From a virus, in the IMG/VR virus record IMGVR_UViG_3300009159_000053, positions 1 through 64,000 of that record: 64,000 bases of DNA. One strand, given 5' to 3'. The notes beneath the pieces are model-generated. The model had not been told where the DNA came from. It did no database searches and saw only the letters and a list, made by a program, of their open reading frames with translations. Shown piece by piece: positions 1-8,767 of this stretch. A program made the translations under genes and the position numbers. The number at the start of each line of letters is the position of its first letter. Positions within the stretch are counted from its first letter, which is position 1.

Positions 1-545
1 CTCATTGCCTTTTTGATCTTTAGTTACAAATGTAATACCAGAATCACGAACAGGCTCACGATAGAAATCTGAGTAACCAACTAATCCTGGTTCACCCTTT
101 GGATTCTCTCTAACTCCGCCACCCTTTGGATCAACTGCTCTTGGCGTTGAATCTTTTGGATCATATACAGAAAGACGACGTGCATCACCGTAGGAACGGA
201 TTGGATGCTTGTATGCCGTCTCTTCAGGCATATCATGCTCAACGTAGTGTCTTCCTGCTGAGTCTTGGAATTCTGCATATCTGGCCATGAATGTATTGTG
301 ACATTGTGGCTACTGTCTGGAGTGGCTATTGCAAAAAATTTAAAGGGCGCTGTTTTATGTTTTAGCAATGATCTACCACATAGCCATTAACCAACTCTTC
401 GAGTTTCAAAAATTTTGGGCTATGTATTCCTTGTAATAACAAAAGAGACAGCCCACGATACCAATACCGTGGGCCGTTTTAGATAACCCCCCACTGATGG
501 GGAGATTACTTGCAAATCATAACATCTATTAGGACAAGTGCAAAA

Positions 546-914
546 TTACAGATTGGTATGAGTGTAGTGCCCTCTCTCGTGGGTCCTCTGCCTATGACAG
601 TTAGAACATACGACATCGCACTTGCGGATCTCTTTAATCATCTTCTCCCAACTGCCTGTCTTGTGTAATGCTGCTGGTGTGAACTTCTTATCACTTGGAT
701 CACGATGATCTAGATCTAAGACATAGTAAGGATATTTAACGCCGCAATCCATACATCCTCTATGTTCTTTATACTTACGGATGTAATCACGTATCTGATC
801 CTTCTTGGTCTTATTACGGATTAACTGGGCGCCTCTATTTTTAAGGTAGTACTTCTTACCTGCCTTTTTACTAGTCGCCTTAGCCTTATCGGACTTCCTG
901 TCCTTATATGGCAT
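546..914 (-). CDS. HNH endonuclease
   Basis: CMDCG...LDLDH...KKF...KCDVVCSNCHRQRT, the phage HNH pattern with Zn ligands. Confidence 0.8.
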   Translation of the reverse strand: MPYKDRKSDKAKATSKKAGKKYYLKNRGAQLIRNKTKKDQIRDYIRKYKEHRGCMDCGVKYPYYVLDLDHRDPSDKKFTPAALHKTGSWEKMIKEIRKCDVVCSNCHRQRTHERGHYTHTNL

Positions 915-917
915 TAG

Positions 918-1088
918 TTATTGCTGAGAATATAAAAATGCCGCAACAATCCAGAGTAAGGCAATCATCACCGACAAGATCTTCATTACTAGATATACGG
1001 GATTACCAGCCTTGCGGGATACCCACAACACATATATCGCTACGACGCTCACGCAAGTCAATGCTAAGAAGTCAGTTATTAAGATCAT
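918..1088 (-). CDS. small membrane protein (56 aa)
   Basis: Hand-translated MILITDFLAL...AAFLYSQQ; two hydrophobic stretches; tightly packed with neighbours. Confidence 0.55.
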   Translation of the reverse strand: MILITDFLALTCVSVVAIYVLWVSRKAGNPVYLVMKILSVMIALLWIVAAFLYSQQ

Positions 1089-1104
1089 TTGATTCTCCGA
1101 TCAG

Positions 1105-1245
1105 TTATTTACAACTCGAACAGTAATTAGGAACTCGCATATTGTCTGCGGAGATCATATAGTCCTTAGAGCACCTGGAACAGGTGACCATGACTACATC
1201 CTTAGTACGACGATCTCTTCGCAACTCTAGACCAAATAGATACAT
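1105..1245 (-). CDS. small Zn-ribbon protein (46 aa)
   Basis: Hand-translated MYLFGLEL...CSRC...CSSCK; GAGGAG RBS upstream. Confidence 0.55.
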   Translation of the reverse strand: MYLFGLELRRDRRTKDVVMVTCSRCSKDYMISADNMRVPNYCSSCK

Positions 1246-1247
1246 GA

Positions 1248-1376
1248 CTACTCCTCAAACTCAGTTGGTGGTAAATTGCCCCAAGTTGGGTTTCTTGCAC
1301 CACACATCACGCAGGTTACTTGACCATCCATATCTAGATCAAATTCGCACTTAGTGGCGCAGTCATTAGTACTCAT
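1248..1376 (-). CDS. small Cys-containing protein (42 aa)
   Basis: Hand-translated MSTNDCATKC...CVMCG; TAGGGT 7 nt before ATG (leaderless-like). Confidence 0.45.
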   Translation of the reverse strand: MSTNDCATKCEFDLDMDGQVTCVMCGARNPTWGNLPPTEFEE

Positions 1377-1432
1377 GGGATAAACCCTATACCCTCTTGG
1401 CTACTGCTTTGGTTAGTACTGAGAAAAAATTA

Positions 1433-1588
1433 TTAGGGGCCTTCTTGGGCATCCTTAACTATCTGAGTTATCTGGTCAATGGTAGGGGCCGATAAATTTA
1501 GACCTTTGATACCCTTAAGTATCTCCTTGGCCATCTGCAGGCGTGTACTAGCCTTTATTTCATCAAATAGGTGTGAATGCTGTTCCAT
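1433..1588 (-). CDS. hypothetical protein (51 aa, MEQHSHLF...)
   Basis: 3' part of track ORF 1433..1747; TATAAT 6 nt before the ATG at 1588. Confidence 0.5.
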   Translation of the reverse strand: MEQHSHLFDEIKASTRLQMAKEILKGIKGLNLSAPTIDQITQIVKDAQEGP

Positions 1589-1605
1589 AGCCTTATTATA
1601 TATAG

Positions 1606-1681
1606 TGGAGCGGATGACGAGACTCGAACTCGCAACATCCACCTTGGCAAGGTGGTGCGCTACCAATTGCGCTACATCCGC
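1606..1681 (-). tRNA. trnG: tRNA-Gly (anticodon GCC)
   Basis: Minus strand GCGGATGTAGCGCAATTGGTAGCGCACCACCTTGCCAAGGTGGATGTTGCGAGTTCGAGTCTCGTCATCCGCTCCA: 76 nt cloverleaf, TTCGA T-loop, encoded CCA. Confidence 0.97.
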
Positions 1682-2070
1682 ATATACCCTCATCCTAGAC
1701 CTCTTTCGGCTACTGCTTTGGCCTAAACACGTCAACCATGTCTCCAACCTGGGGGGTCCCCTGTGCGCTGGCGTTTAATGGTGGGGGGGTCTTGGCAATT
1801 TATTAGTGTTAACAATCTCCCCTGACTATTAATCAGGTGCGATCTTGTTAACATGCGCTCAATAACTATGTGTTCCACATGGCTTGATGACTATTTGATG
1901 ACGGCATAACTAATTAGCGTTCGGCTACTGACTACGGCAACAGTTTGTTAATACGGATACCACCAGCCTATTAGCCAACTCTCCGAGTTGTTATCAGATC
2001 AATACATCATTAGTGCCTTATCTCCTTGTAATAGCCAGTTGATCAAACGCATACGCATCACTACATAGCC

Positions 2071-2150
2071 ACATGTTCCATGTAGCAATTAGTATCTCTT
2101 GGCATCACATAACTATTAACTATTAACTATTCATTAGACATGGAACATGT
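2071..2150. repeat. 13-bp perfect inverted repeat flanking (TAACTAT)x3
   Basis: ACATGTTCCATGT 2071-2083 / ACATGGAACATGT 2138-2150; tandem TAACTAT 2110-2130. Confidence 0.85.
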
Positions 2151-2267
2151 ATCTATCTATCTCTTATATATATCTCTCTTAGTTATTACTGGAAAAAAAT
2201 ACTTCGGGCGCAATTTCCCACATAACTAATTAACTAAACATCTCTCACAAGGCGCACACACTTAACT

Positions 2268-2300
2268 AACTAACTTGATGACCAACTCCCAAAGTTAGTT
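2268..2300. repeat. palindromic site AACTAACTT-N15-AAGTTAGTT (copy 1)
   Basis: Read directly; extra half-sites at 2304-2312 and ~2374-2381. Confidence 0.85.
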
Positions 2301-2354
2301 CGCAACTAACTTGCTTCCACCACCGCCACCGCCACCATGAGTAAGTTCGCAATT

Positions 2355-2370
2355 TCGAACGGGTGTTCGA
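2355..2370. promoter_or_regulatory. LexA (SOS) box, actinobacterial type
   Basis: TCGAAC-GGGT-GTTCGA, perfect match to TCGAAC-N4-GTTCGA. Confidence 0.75.
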
Positions 2371-2488
2371 GATAGTTAGTTCCAGCCCCAGTTCGCCAGT
2401 TAGCCCCCACGCTCAGGCTCTCAGGCTCAATCGGGCAAATCGGACATACCGCCACTCCTATCAGGTGATCAAGGTCAACTGGATTTTG

Positions 2489-2497
2489 TGCTAAAAT
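2489..2497 (+). promoter_or_regulatory. extended -10 promoter (TGcTAAAAT) of the plus-strand block
   Basis: TG-n-TAAAAT immediately upstream of the structured leader. Confidence 0.5.
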
Positions 2498-2504
2498 CGG
2501 CTCA

Positions 2505-2790
2505 GGCACACAACGATAAAAGTTTGATCTTTTTAGAAACCTCTAGGGGCAAAAGATCAATAATTTTCAAGTGAAAAAAGCCTAGATAGAGATTGAACTC
2601 TAGTGAACTTAATAAGTCATTAAATCCTTCGGGAACTTATTAAGGTGATAGCAAATCAATTAACTATTAATTACATAGAGAATTAGGCAAACATAATCAA
2701 TATGTTTTCTATTAATTAATCATGGATAGTTTTGTTAATAACAAATGCCGACAGTATCCAATCTGATCTAAGCACTAAGAAGTTAATTAA
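2505..2790 (+). ncRNA. candidate structured leader RNA
   Basis: Nested stems: AGGC/GCCT, TTGATCTTT/AAAGATCAA, TAGAG/CTCTA, CTTAATAAG/CTTATTAAG with TCC-TTCG-GGA, AAACATA/TATGTTT, GGATA/TATCC, TAGTG/CACTA. Confidence 0.5.
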
Positions 2791-2950
2791 TAATAAATAA
2801 AATAAACATATTGCTATATGTGTTTTCTGCTATTACTGGCAATAAATAATCTGCGAATTATCTTTACCAGTAATAGTGGTGAATACATAATGTATTCAAT
2901 ACAACTTAATATAGAACTTAATTCCTTCCCCCCAACAAAAGGAATAAGTA

Positions 2951-3133
2951 ATGAAAACAAATACATATATAGATACAAACGGAAATATCGTTGCTACTGG
3001 AACAATCTCAATTAACCAAATTGATCTCGTTCTATCTAATGGAACTCGGTTCTTTTCTACTCGTTCCGATAATTACACTCTTGATGTTTTGAAAAACTTA
3101 AACATCAACAAAATAGTCAAAGGACTAAAATAA
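2951..3133 (+). CDS. hypothetical protein
   Basis: ORF with AAGGAA RBS; first gene of the plus-strand block. Confidence 0.65.
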   Translation: MKTNTYIDTNGNIVATGTISINQIDLVLSNGTRFFSTRSDNYTLDVLKNLNINKIVKGLK

Positions 3134-3418
3134 ATGGAAAACAAAAAAATGATCATTAATGATCTAACTTATGATGAAGTTGCGTTATTACTTACATCAT
3201 TAAAAACCATGATAATAAAGATGAAGGAACTTGAAGCCCCTGAGTTCTTTATTGAAATGGCAATACCTTTGTTTGATCAGGTCGAGATTATTCTTGATGA
3301 AAAAGTGGCTGAACAAAAAGCGTTCATTGAATTGGTTAGCGACCAACTTGATGATGTTTTACTCGCTTCATCAATTATTGAAAAAGACCCTGATGTGGTA
3401 ATACCTGAATACAAATAA
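3134..3418 (+). CDS. hypothetical acidic protein
   Basis: ORF abutting the previous one; AGGA RBS. Confidence 0.7.
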   Translation: MENKKMIINDLTYDEVALLLTSLKTMIIKMKELEAPEFFIEMAIPLFDQVEIILDEKVAEQKAFIELVSDQLDDVLLASSIIEKDPDVVIPEYK

Positions 3419-3424
3419 ATAAGT

Positions 3425-3605
3425 TTGTGTTAGTAATAACCGATTAAATAGGTTCGGGCGGTTTTCTGAATATCAAATGGTTGCTATTTAATCATTTGAG
3501 TTTTGTTCCTTCATTTATGAACGACAACAGATTAGCCAATGTGTGCCTACATAGAACTCCATAATAGATAAAGAGATCGTCTTTATTCCGTTATTGCTAA
3601 CACAA
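3425..3605 (+). ncRNA. candidate structured RNA closed by a 24-bp terminal stem
   Basis: TTGTGTTAGTAATAACCGATTAAA (3425-3448) pairs with TTTATTCCGTTATTGCTAACACAA (3582-3605); internal hairpins TCAAATGGTT/AATCATTTGA and TTCA-TTTA-TGAA. Confidence 0.6.
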
Positions 3606-3657
3606 TTCAATTCCCCAGTAATACAAACCAAACCAACAAATAGAAACGGAAAACAAA

Positions 3658-4521
3658 ATGACTACAACAAATAACAAATCCTTCTTTGTTCCTTCGCTGG
3701 AACAAACTGGGCATTACATTGAACGATCTTTCGGTGGTGGTATTACCGAAACTCAGATGTATGACTATTCACTTGAAAACAAAATGAATGTGTTAATTGA
3801 AGGTGATGCTGGAACTGGTAAAACAACTTCCGCTATGGCTTACGCATCAAAACGCAAAATGAACTTCTTTGCCGTTCCTTCTAATAACGCACTTGATTTC
3901 ACACAATTAACTGGCGGTTTATTTCCTGATAGCAACGGCGAGTTAAAGTGGATTGACGGCGCAATTACAAAGATCGTTCGTGAAGGTGGCGTGTTATTAA
4001 TTAACGAATTAAATAACGCACCAAAAAATCTTTCACAATATCTAATGAGTTTATTAGATGATCGCCGATCAATTACATTGATGAGCCACGACAACGAAGT
4101 TATCCATGCTCACCCTGATTTATTAGTGGTTGCTGATATGAACCCTAATTATCGTGGAACTCAATTACTTAATGAAGCGTGGAAAGATCGCTTCGCAATT
4201 AAGTTAACTTACAACTACGACACAAAGATTGAAAAACAAATCCTTAGTTCAAGTTCATTACTGGAACTTGCTAATGGTATGCGTTCAACGCTTCGTGTTA
4301 GTGATGTTTCTAATTCATCAACCATATTTGAAACTCCAGTATCAACTCGTATCTTAAAAACATTCGAGAAACTTGCTAAGGGTCTTTCTTATGAGTTTGC
4401 TAGTGAAGTATTTGTTAATAACTTTGCTGATGATGAGAAGCCAGCAGTTCGTATGTTGCTAGAAGGTAGCGAATACAACATCAAATCCGATCTCGGATTA
4501 CTTGAAACAGTTAACGCTTAG
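3658..4521 (+). CDS. MoxR/CbbQ-NirQ-NorQ/CobS-like AAA+ ATPase
   Basis: Walker A GDAGTGKT, Walker B variant LLINE, MNPNYRGT, LNEAWKDRF, STR sensor. Confidence 0.9.
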   Translation: MTTTNNKSFFVPSLEQTGHYIERSFGGGITETQMYDYSLENKMNVLIEGDAGTGKTTSAMAYASKRKMNFFAVPSNNALDFTQLTGGLFPDSNGELKWIDGAITKIVREGGVLLINELNNAPKNLSQYLMSLLDDRRSITLMSHDNEVIHAHPDLLVVADMNPNYRGTQLLNEAWKDRFAIKLTYNYDTKIEKQILSSSSLLELANGMRSTLRVSDVSNSSTIFETPVSTRILKTFEKLAKGLSYEFASEVFVNNFADDEKPAVRMLLEGSEYNIKSDLGLLETVNA

Positions 4522-4535
4522 TTAGGAATAAATAA

Positions 4536-6416
4536 ATGGATTATCCATTCTTAGATTTAGATACGGCTTTAGCCCAATCTGATCTAAAAAATAAGCAGAA
4601 GCAAGAAGCGGAAATTAAACGCCAAAGAGTTGAACGATTTGCTCAATTCTTTGGCAGAGTTAATTCCGCATTAACACTTCGTAAGGTTGAAGTTAAAGTT
4701 GAACATGCGGATATAAACGCACCTGCTTGGTCAGGTGCTAGTCATGTTTGTTTTAACTCTCGATTACTTGGCAACTTAAATACAGCAAAAGAAATTGCTG
4801 GATTGCGTGGTCTTGATTTACACGAAGTTAGCCACATTCTTTATACACCAAGAGAAGGTTCTGAAATCTTTGAATGGTGTAGAGATAATGATTATTTATT
4901 TGCTTACAATGCGTTAGACGATCAACGAATTGAAACTTTATTTACAACTCGTTATCCGTCAACGATTGATTGGTTCACATCAACAATTCTTATTCACTTT
5001 GTTGATGACCCAAAAGCATTTGAAACTTCGTATGGCTTATTGCGTGGTCGGCAATATCTACCAACTGAATTGTTGGCACGATCACGCAACGCATATAAGT
5101 TCCAAGATCAATTAGATGAAATCTGCGAAATTGTTGACCAGTATCGTGTATTAATTTTTCCTGATGATACTGAATTAGCAAAAGATTTAATCAAACGATT
5201 TGATGCGTTAATGCCAAAACAAGAAGTTTCCCAAGACGGATTAGCGGATTGGGAAAAAGATTTACTTGGTAATGGTGGCAAGAAAGTTATGATCTCAATT
5301 AAATCTCCATTTGGTCATGGTGATAGACCGCATGAAGGTATAGAGAGTTCATCAACATCTCGCCCAGTTCCACCAATTCAACAAAAGCGTGATCGTGATA
5401 GGGCTAAAACAAAACCTATTAAAGATGATGCTAAATTGGCAGAACAATTAAAATCAGAACCAGTAATTGAAATTGATTTAACAGATCAAAATAAAAATAC
5501 TGGTAATGGTAAAACTGCTGGTAATCAAACTCCTGATGATCAATCTGCTTTATCAGATATGTTAAATAACATATTAGATAATCAACAGATTGCTAACGAG
5601 ATCAACGACATCATTAGACAAATTGGTGGCTTACCTTCTCTTGCTACTAATAATTCTAAAGAGCCACAAAAATCTCGGTATCATAATCAAACTCCTGATG
5701 CTAAAACTTTCCAAGCATCTCTATCTTTTAGTAGAGAGTTAGAAAGATTAAAAGCAACCTTTGACCCTGCTTGGAATAAATATCAATCACAGGGTCGCTT
5801 ACAGGCGCATAGATATATGCGTGGTGATGATTTAGATACGATCTTTGATCAATGGTCAGAAGGTCAAGATGATGCCACAGAGATCGAGTGCGTAATCCTT
5901 TTAGACAATTCAGGTTCAATGAGTGGCAGTAAAGAAACTTCTGCTTATCGGGCTATGTATGCGATTAAAAGAGCATTAGATCGCATTAACGCAAACACCA
6001 CAGTAATTACATTCAATACGCATACAAACATTTTGTATCGTGCTGATGAAAAAGCAACTGGTGTAATTCGTAATGCTGGCTCTCAGGGTGGAACTAATCC
6101 AACAGAAGCAATTACTTACGCAACTAAAATACTTGCTGAAACTGAAAAGCCAGTTCGTATTTTCTTTGCCATTACTGACGGAGAGTGGGAACATTATTCC
6201 GTTAGAGAAAATGATGAAGCAATTAAGAAACTAGGTAATGCTGGTGTATTAACTGCTTTTGCTTATATTGCTGATCAAGATGAATTAGTAAAACTTGATC
6301 AGGAAAAATCACACTATTGCGAAATTGGTGCGATTGTAAATAATCCCCTTAACTTAATTAGCATGGCTAAATCAATCGTGAAGTATGCGATTAGTCGGCG
6401 ATTAGTTAACGCATAA
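4536..6416 (+). CDS. VWA-domain protein with N-terminal HExxH motif (CobT-like MoxR partner)
   Basis: LHEVSH, NALDDQRIE; MIDAS DNSGSM, GGTNP, ITDG. Confidence 0.88.
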   Translation: MDYPFLDLDTALAQSDLKNKQKQEAEIKRQRVERFAQFFGRVNSALTLRKVEVKVEHADINAPAWSGASHVCFNSRLLGNLNTAKEIAGLRGLDLHEVSHILYTPREGSEIFEWCRDNDYLFAYNALDDQRIETLFTTRYPSTIDWFTSTILIHFVDDPKAFETSYGLLRGRQYLPTELLARSRNAYKFQDQLDEICEIVDQYRVLIFPDDTELAKDLIKRFDALMPKQEVSQDGLADWEKDLLGNGGKKVMISIKSPFGHGDRPHEGIESSSTSRPVPPIQQKRDRDRAKTKPIKDDAKLAEQLKSEPVIEIDLTDQNKNTGNGKTAGNQTPDDQSALSDMLNNILDNQQIANEINDIIRQIGGLPSLATNNSKEPQKSRYHNQTPDAKTFQASLSFSRELERLKATFDPAWNKYQSQGRLQAHRYMRGDDLDTIFDQWSEGQDDATEIECVILLDNSGSMSGSKETSAYRAMYAIKRALDRINANTTVITFNTHTNILYRADEKATGVIRNAGSQGGTNPTEAITYATKILAETEKPVRIFFAITDGEWEHYSVRENDEAIKKLGNAGVLTAFAYIADQDELVKLDQEKSHYCEIGAIVNNPLNLISMAKSIVKYAISRRLVNA

Positions 6417-6427
6417 CAAACAAATGT

Positions 6428-6459
6428 GGTGGAACATGGTCGGGGGGCTATGTTCCACC
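6428..6459 (+). other. intergenic 14-bp hairpin (terminator or processing site)
   Basis: GGTGGAACATGGTC-gggg-GGCTATGTTCCACC; no U-tract. Confidence 0.6.
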
Positions 6460-6483
6460 CTTCTAACTAAGGAGAATAAATAA

Positions 6484-7104
6484 ATGAAATCCGCAGAACT
6501 AAAAATAGGAACTAAATATGGCGTAATTCCAGCATGGGATTATTCATCAAGCGATAAGAAAAATCCTGATCGTGTTCAACGCAATCATGTTGCTAACGCA
6601 ACTCTTGTATCAACTGATAAATATGAATACAAAGTTTATAGATCAGATAAAAAAGATGATCAAAACTTTGCGCCAGCAAATAAAGGTTCTCGTAATGTTG
6701 GTTATTTAGTTTGTTCAGATGATTACATTCAATCAGGACAAGCATCAACAACTATCTTTTGGTTGGCTAGACCACAAGACATTGTTGCTGAATACGCAAC
6801 TCTTGAACCAAAGTGGGCGCAAAGAGAGCAACAAGAATTACTGGAACGCCAAAAGCAAGAAGCAGAACAGAAAGAGCGTGAACGCAAACAGCGTGAAGCA
6901 AGGGAATACCACGAAAGAGTTTCTGCTTCTTTAATCGCATCTCTTAAAACAATTCTTGGTGATCGTGCTAATCACATAACAGTTGACCAACGCAATCGCA
7001 GAGTTGGAGATAACTACATTGAAGTTTCAGAGATGAGTATTGATCTCAAAACTATGAGCATATTAATCGAGAAAGTTCTTGAAGCGAAAGATTTGGTGGG
7101 TTAA
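6484..7104 (+). CDS. hypothetical protein with coiled coil
   Basis: AAGGAG RBS; E/Q/R-rich helix. Confidence 0.75.
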   Translation: MKSAELKIGTKYGVIPAWDYSSSDKKNPDRVQRNHVANATLVSTDKYEYKVYRSDKKDDQNFAPANKGSRNVGYLVCSDDYIQSGQASTTIFWLARPQDIVAEYATLEPKWAQREQQELLERQKQEAEQKERERKQREAREYHERVSASLIASLKTILGDRANHITVDQRNRRVGDNYIEVSEMSIDLKTMSILIEKVLEAKDLVG

Positions 7105-7832
7105 TGACTACACAAACTAAAGATAGTTTTTATCTTGAACGATTAAAAACTAAGTTCAATAATAAAGACGGCTATTGGAGTGTTGGAGATACCAGCACTT
7201 CAATTTGGCAACCACACACTCGCAATAAGTTTGATGTATTAACTGAACAGAAGTTAATTGATATAACTTTTGATGAACAAACTTACAAAAGTTTTCAACT
7301 AATAATTGTTGGGTTTAATTATGAGTTCAGATCAGTTTTGGACTTAAATGGAAATACAACTGATAACTATTTGGCTGATAATGAAATTGGTGGATACGCA
7401 AATGATGTTAAATCTTTTGTTCACTACGAAGGTATTGCTTACGAAATCGGTGGCGTTGGCGATACACGACAAAACTTAAATTGGTTAGGTGAACTTGCCA
7501 CGCTTTATATTTATGGTGGTGATACTGACCCCAATAAAGTTATTAAAAAATGCCAAAAGAAATTAGATTTACTTTCACAAATTGTAGATGTGAGAGATGA
7601 ATTAATTTCTATTTCTAATGAAAGGATTGGTTCATACGATACAAAAAATCCATACAACATTAATGTTGGAGATCAGGTGTTTATTCAAGCGCATGGGCGT
7701 TTGCGTAAAGGCAAAATTGTATCCACAACTGGTAGCAGATTTAATGTTGCTTATCTAACTCCGTCAAACCATAGTGATCTTAAATATAAGACACTTAGAT
7801 TGGATTGTTTGTGGCTACCAATAAATCCGTAA
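7104..7832 (+). CDS. hypothetical protein with C-terminal SH3/Tudor-like motif
   Basis: TAATG coupling; INVGDQVFI...RKGKIVS...FNVAY. Confidence 0.7.
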   Translation: MTTQTKDSFYLERLKTKFNNKDGYWSVGDTSTSIWQPHTRNKFDVLTEQKLIDITFDEQTYKSFQLIIVGFNYEFRSVLDLNGNTTDNYLADNEIGGYANDVKSFVHYEGIAYEIGGVGDTRQNLNWLGELATLYIYGGDTDPNKVIKKCQKKLDLLSQIVDVRDELISISNERIGSYDTKNPYNINVGDQVFIQAHGRLRKGKIVSTTGSRFNVAYLTPSNHSDLKYKTLRLDCLWLPINP

Positions 7833-8422
7833 TTAAATTAAAACGAACTAAAGTGTGTATAGGTTGCTTTACTGCTCTACCACTTAATCGGTTTAATAAA
7901 CACATTGACGGAAAATACAAAGTTAGGGCAAGGTGTAAATCTTGCTTTGCCCTAATGCGTAAAGGTTCATCAACCCGCAAAGCAGAAAAATTAAACTTAC
8001 TTGCTAAGGGTAGAAGGCGTTGTAGTTATTGTCGCAAGATCAAATCACTATCTCGCTTTCAACCTAAATCACACGCAAGCGGTAATAAAGGCTATGAAGG
8101 GGCTTGTAAGCCTTGTGTGTCTATCAGACAAGCGGAAAAACACAAAACTAATCACAAAGAAGTAAGGGAGTTTGTATTTAATTATTTACTACAAAATCCT
8201 TGTATTGATTGTGGTGAAGGTAATGTGCTGGCTTTGGAGTTCGATCACTTACATAGTAAAAAGTTTAATATCGGAACTGCGCTTGGTAGCAACAAACTTT
8301 CTAAATTAATTAAATCAGAAATTAAAAAGTGCGTTGTTAGGTGTTCCAGTTGCCACCGAATTAAAACTCATCAAGAACAAAATAGTTGGAGATACCAATT
8401 ATTTTTAGAAAGGAGTAAATAA
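7805..8422 (+). CDS. HNH endonuclease with tandem N-terminal Zn-finger repeats
   Basis: CxxC pairs, then CIDCG...LEFDH...KKFNI...KCVVRCSSCHRIKT; paralogous to 546..914; start uncertain. Confidence 0.8.
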   Translation: MFVATNKSVIKLKRTKVCIGCFTALPLNRFNKHIDGKYKVRARCKSCFALMRKGSSTRKAEKLNLLAKGRRRCSYCRKIKSLSRFQPKSHASGNKGYEGACKPCVSIRQAEKHKTNHKEVREFVFNYLLQNPCIDCGEGNVLALEFDHLHSKKFNIGTALGSNKLSKLIKSEIKKCVVRCSSCHRIKTHQEQNSWRYQLFLERSK

Positions 8423-8581
8423 ATGAGATCAAAAACTTATTATCGAGTTCGAACTGCGGTTCGTATTCTTTTTTGGAGTGCGTTAGCAGTTGGGATTTAT
8501 TACTTAGCAACACATATTAACTGGGTCGGTGATCACTATTGCTTTGGCACTATTGATCAATGTTATTTAGGTGGTAAGTAA
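8423..8581 (+). CDS. small membrane protein (52 aa)
   Basis: Hand-translated MRSKTYYRVR...ILFWSALAVGIYYL; AAGGAG RBS. Confidence 0.6.
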   Translation: MRSKTYYRVRTAVRILFWSALAVGIYYLATHINWVGDHYCFGTIDQCYLGGK

Positions 8582-8758
8582 ATGGGTTATGTAGAAATTG
8601 TTAGACAAGTTCAAGATCACGAATTAGATTTATGTGATCAATGCGGTCAGCAAGGCGTTCGCAATAATGGCAAAACAATTACTGATAACTATTCTCAGGA
8701 CATTCTTTGGTTTTGCTATAACTGCGTAGAAACACAAAAGAGATCACTCTCTCGCTAA
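8582..8758 (+). CDS. small Zn-finger protein (58 aa)
   Basis: Hand-translated MGYVEIV...CDQC...WFCYNC. Confidence 0.6.
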   Translation: MGYVEIVRQVQDHELDLCDQCGQQGVRNNGKTITDNYSQDILWFCYNCVETQKRSLSR

Positions 8759-8767
8759 CTTAAAATT

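Noticed and set aside
1589-1778. Track ORFs 1433..1747 (N-terminal part) and 1479..1778
   Set aside because: They run through the tRNA-Gly gene. The real CDS most likely starts at ATG 1588.
2306-3015. Track ORFs 2306..2509 and 2818..3015
   Set aside because: No RBS. They overlap regulatory repeats or the better-supported gene at 2951.
3658-6416. Calling the AAA+/VWA pair cobalt chelatase CobST (cobalamin auxiliary genes)
   Set aside because: No CobN or other cob genes are present. MoxR-VWA pairs are generic in phages.
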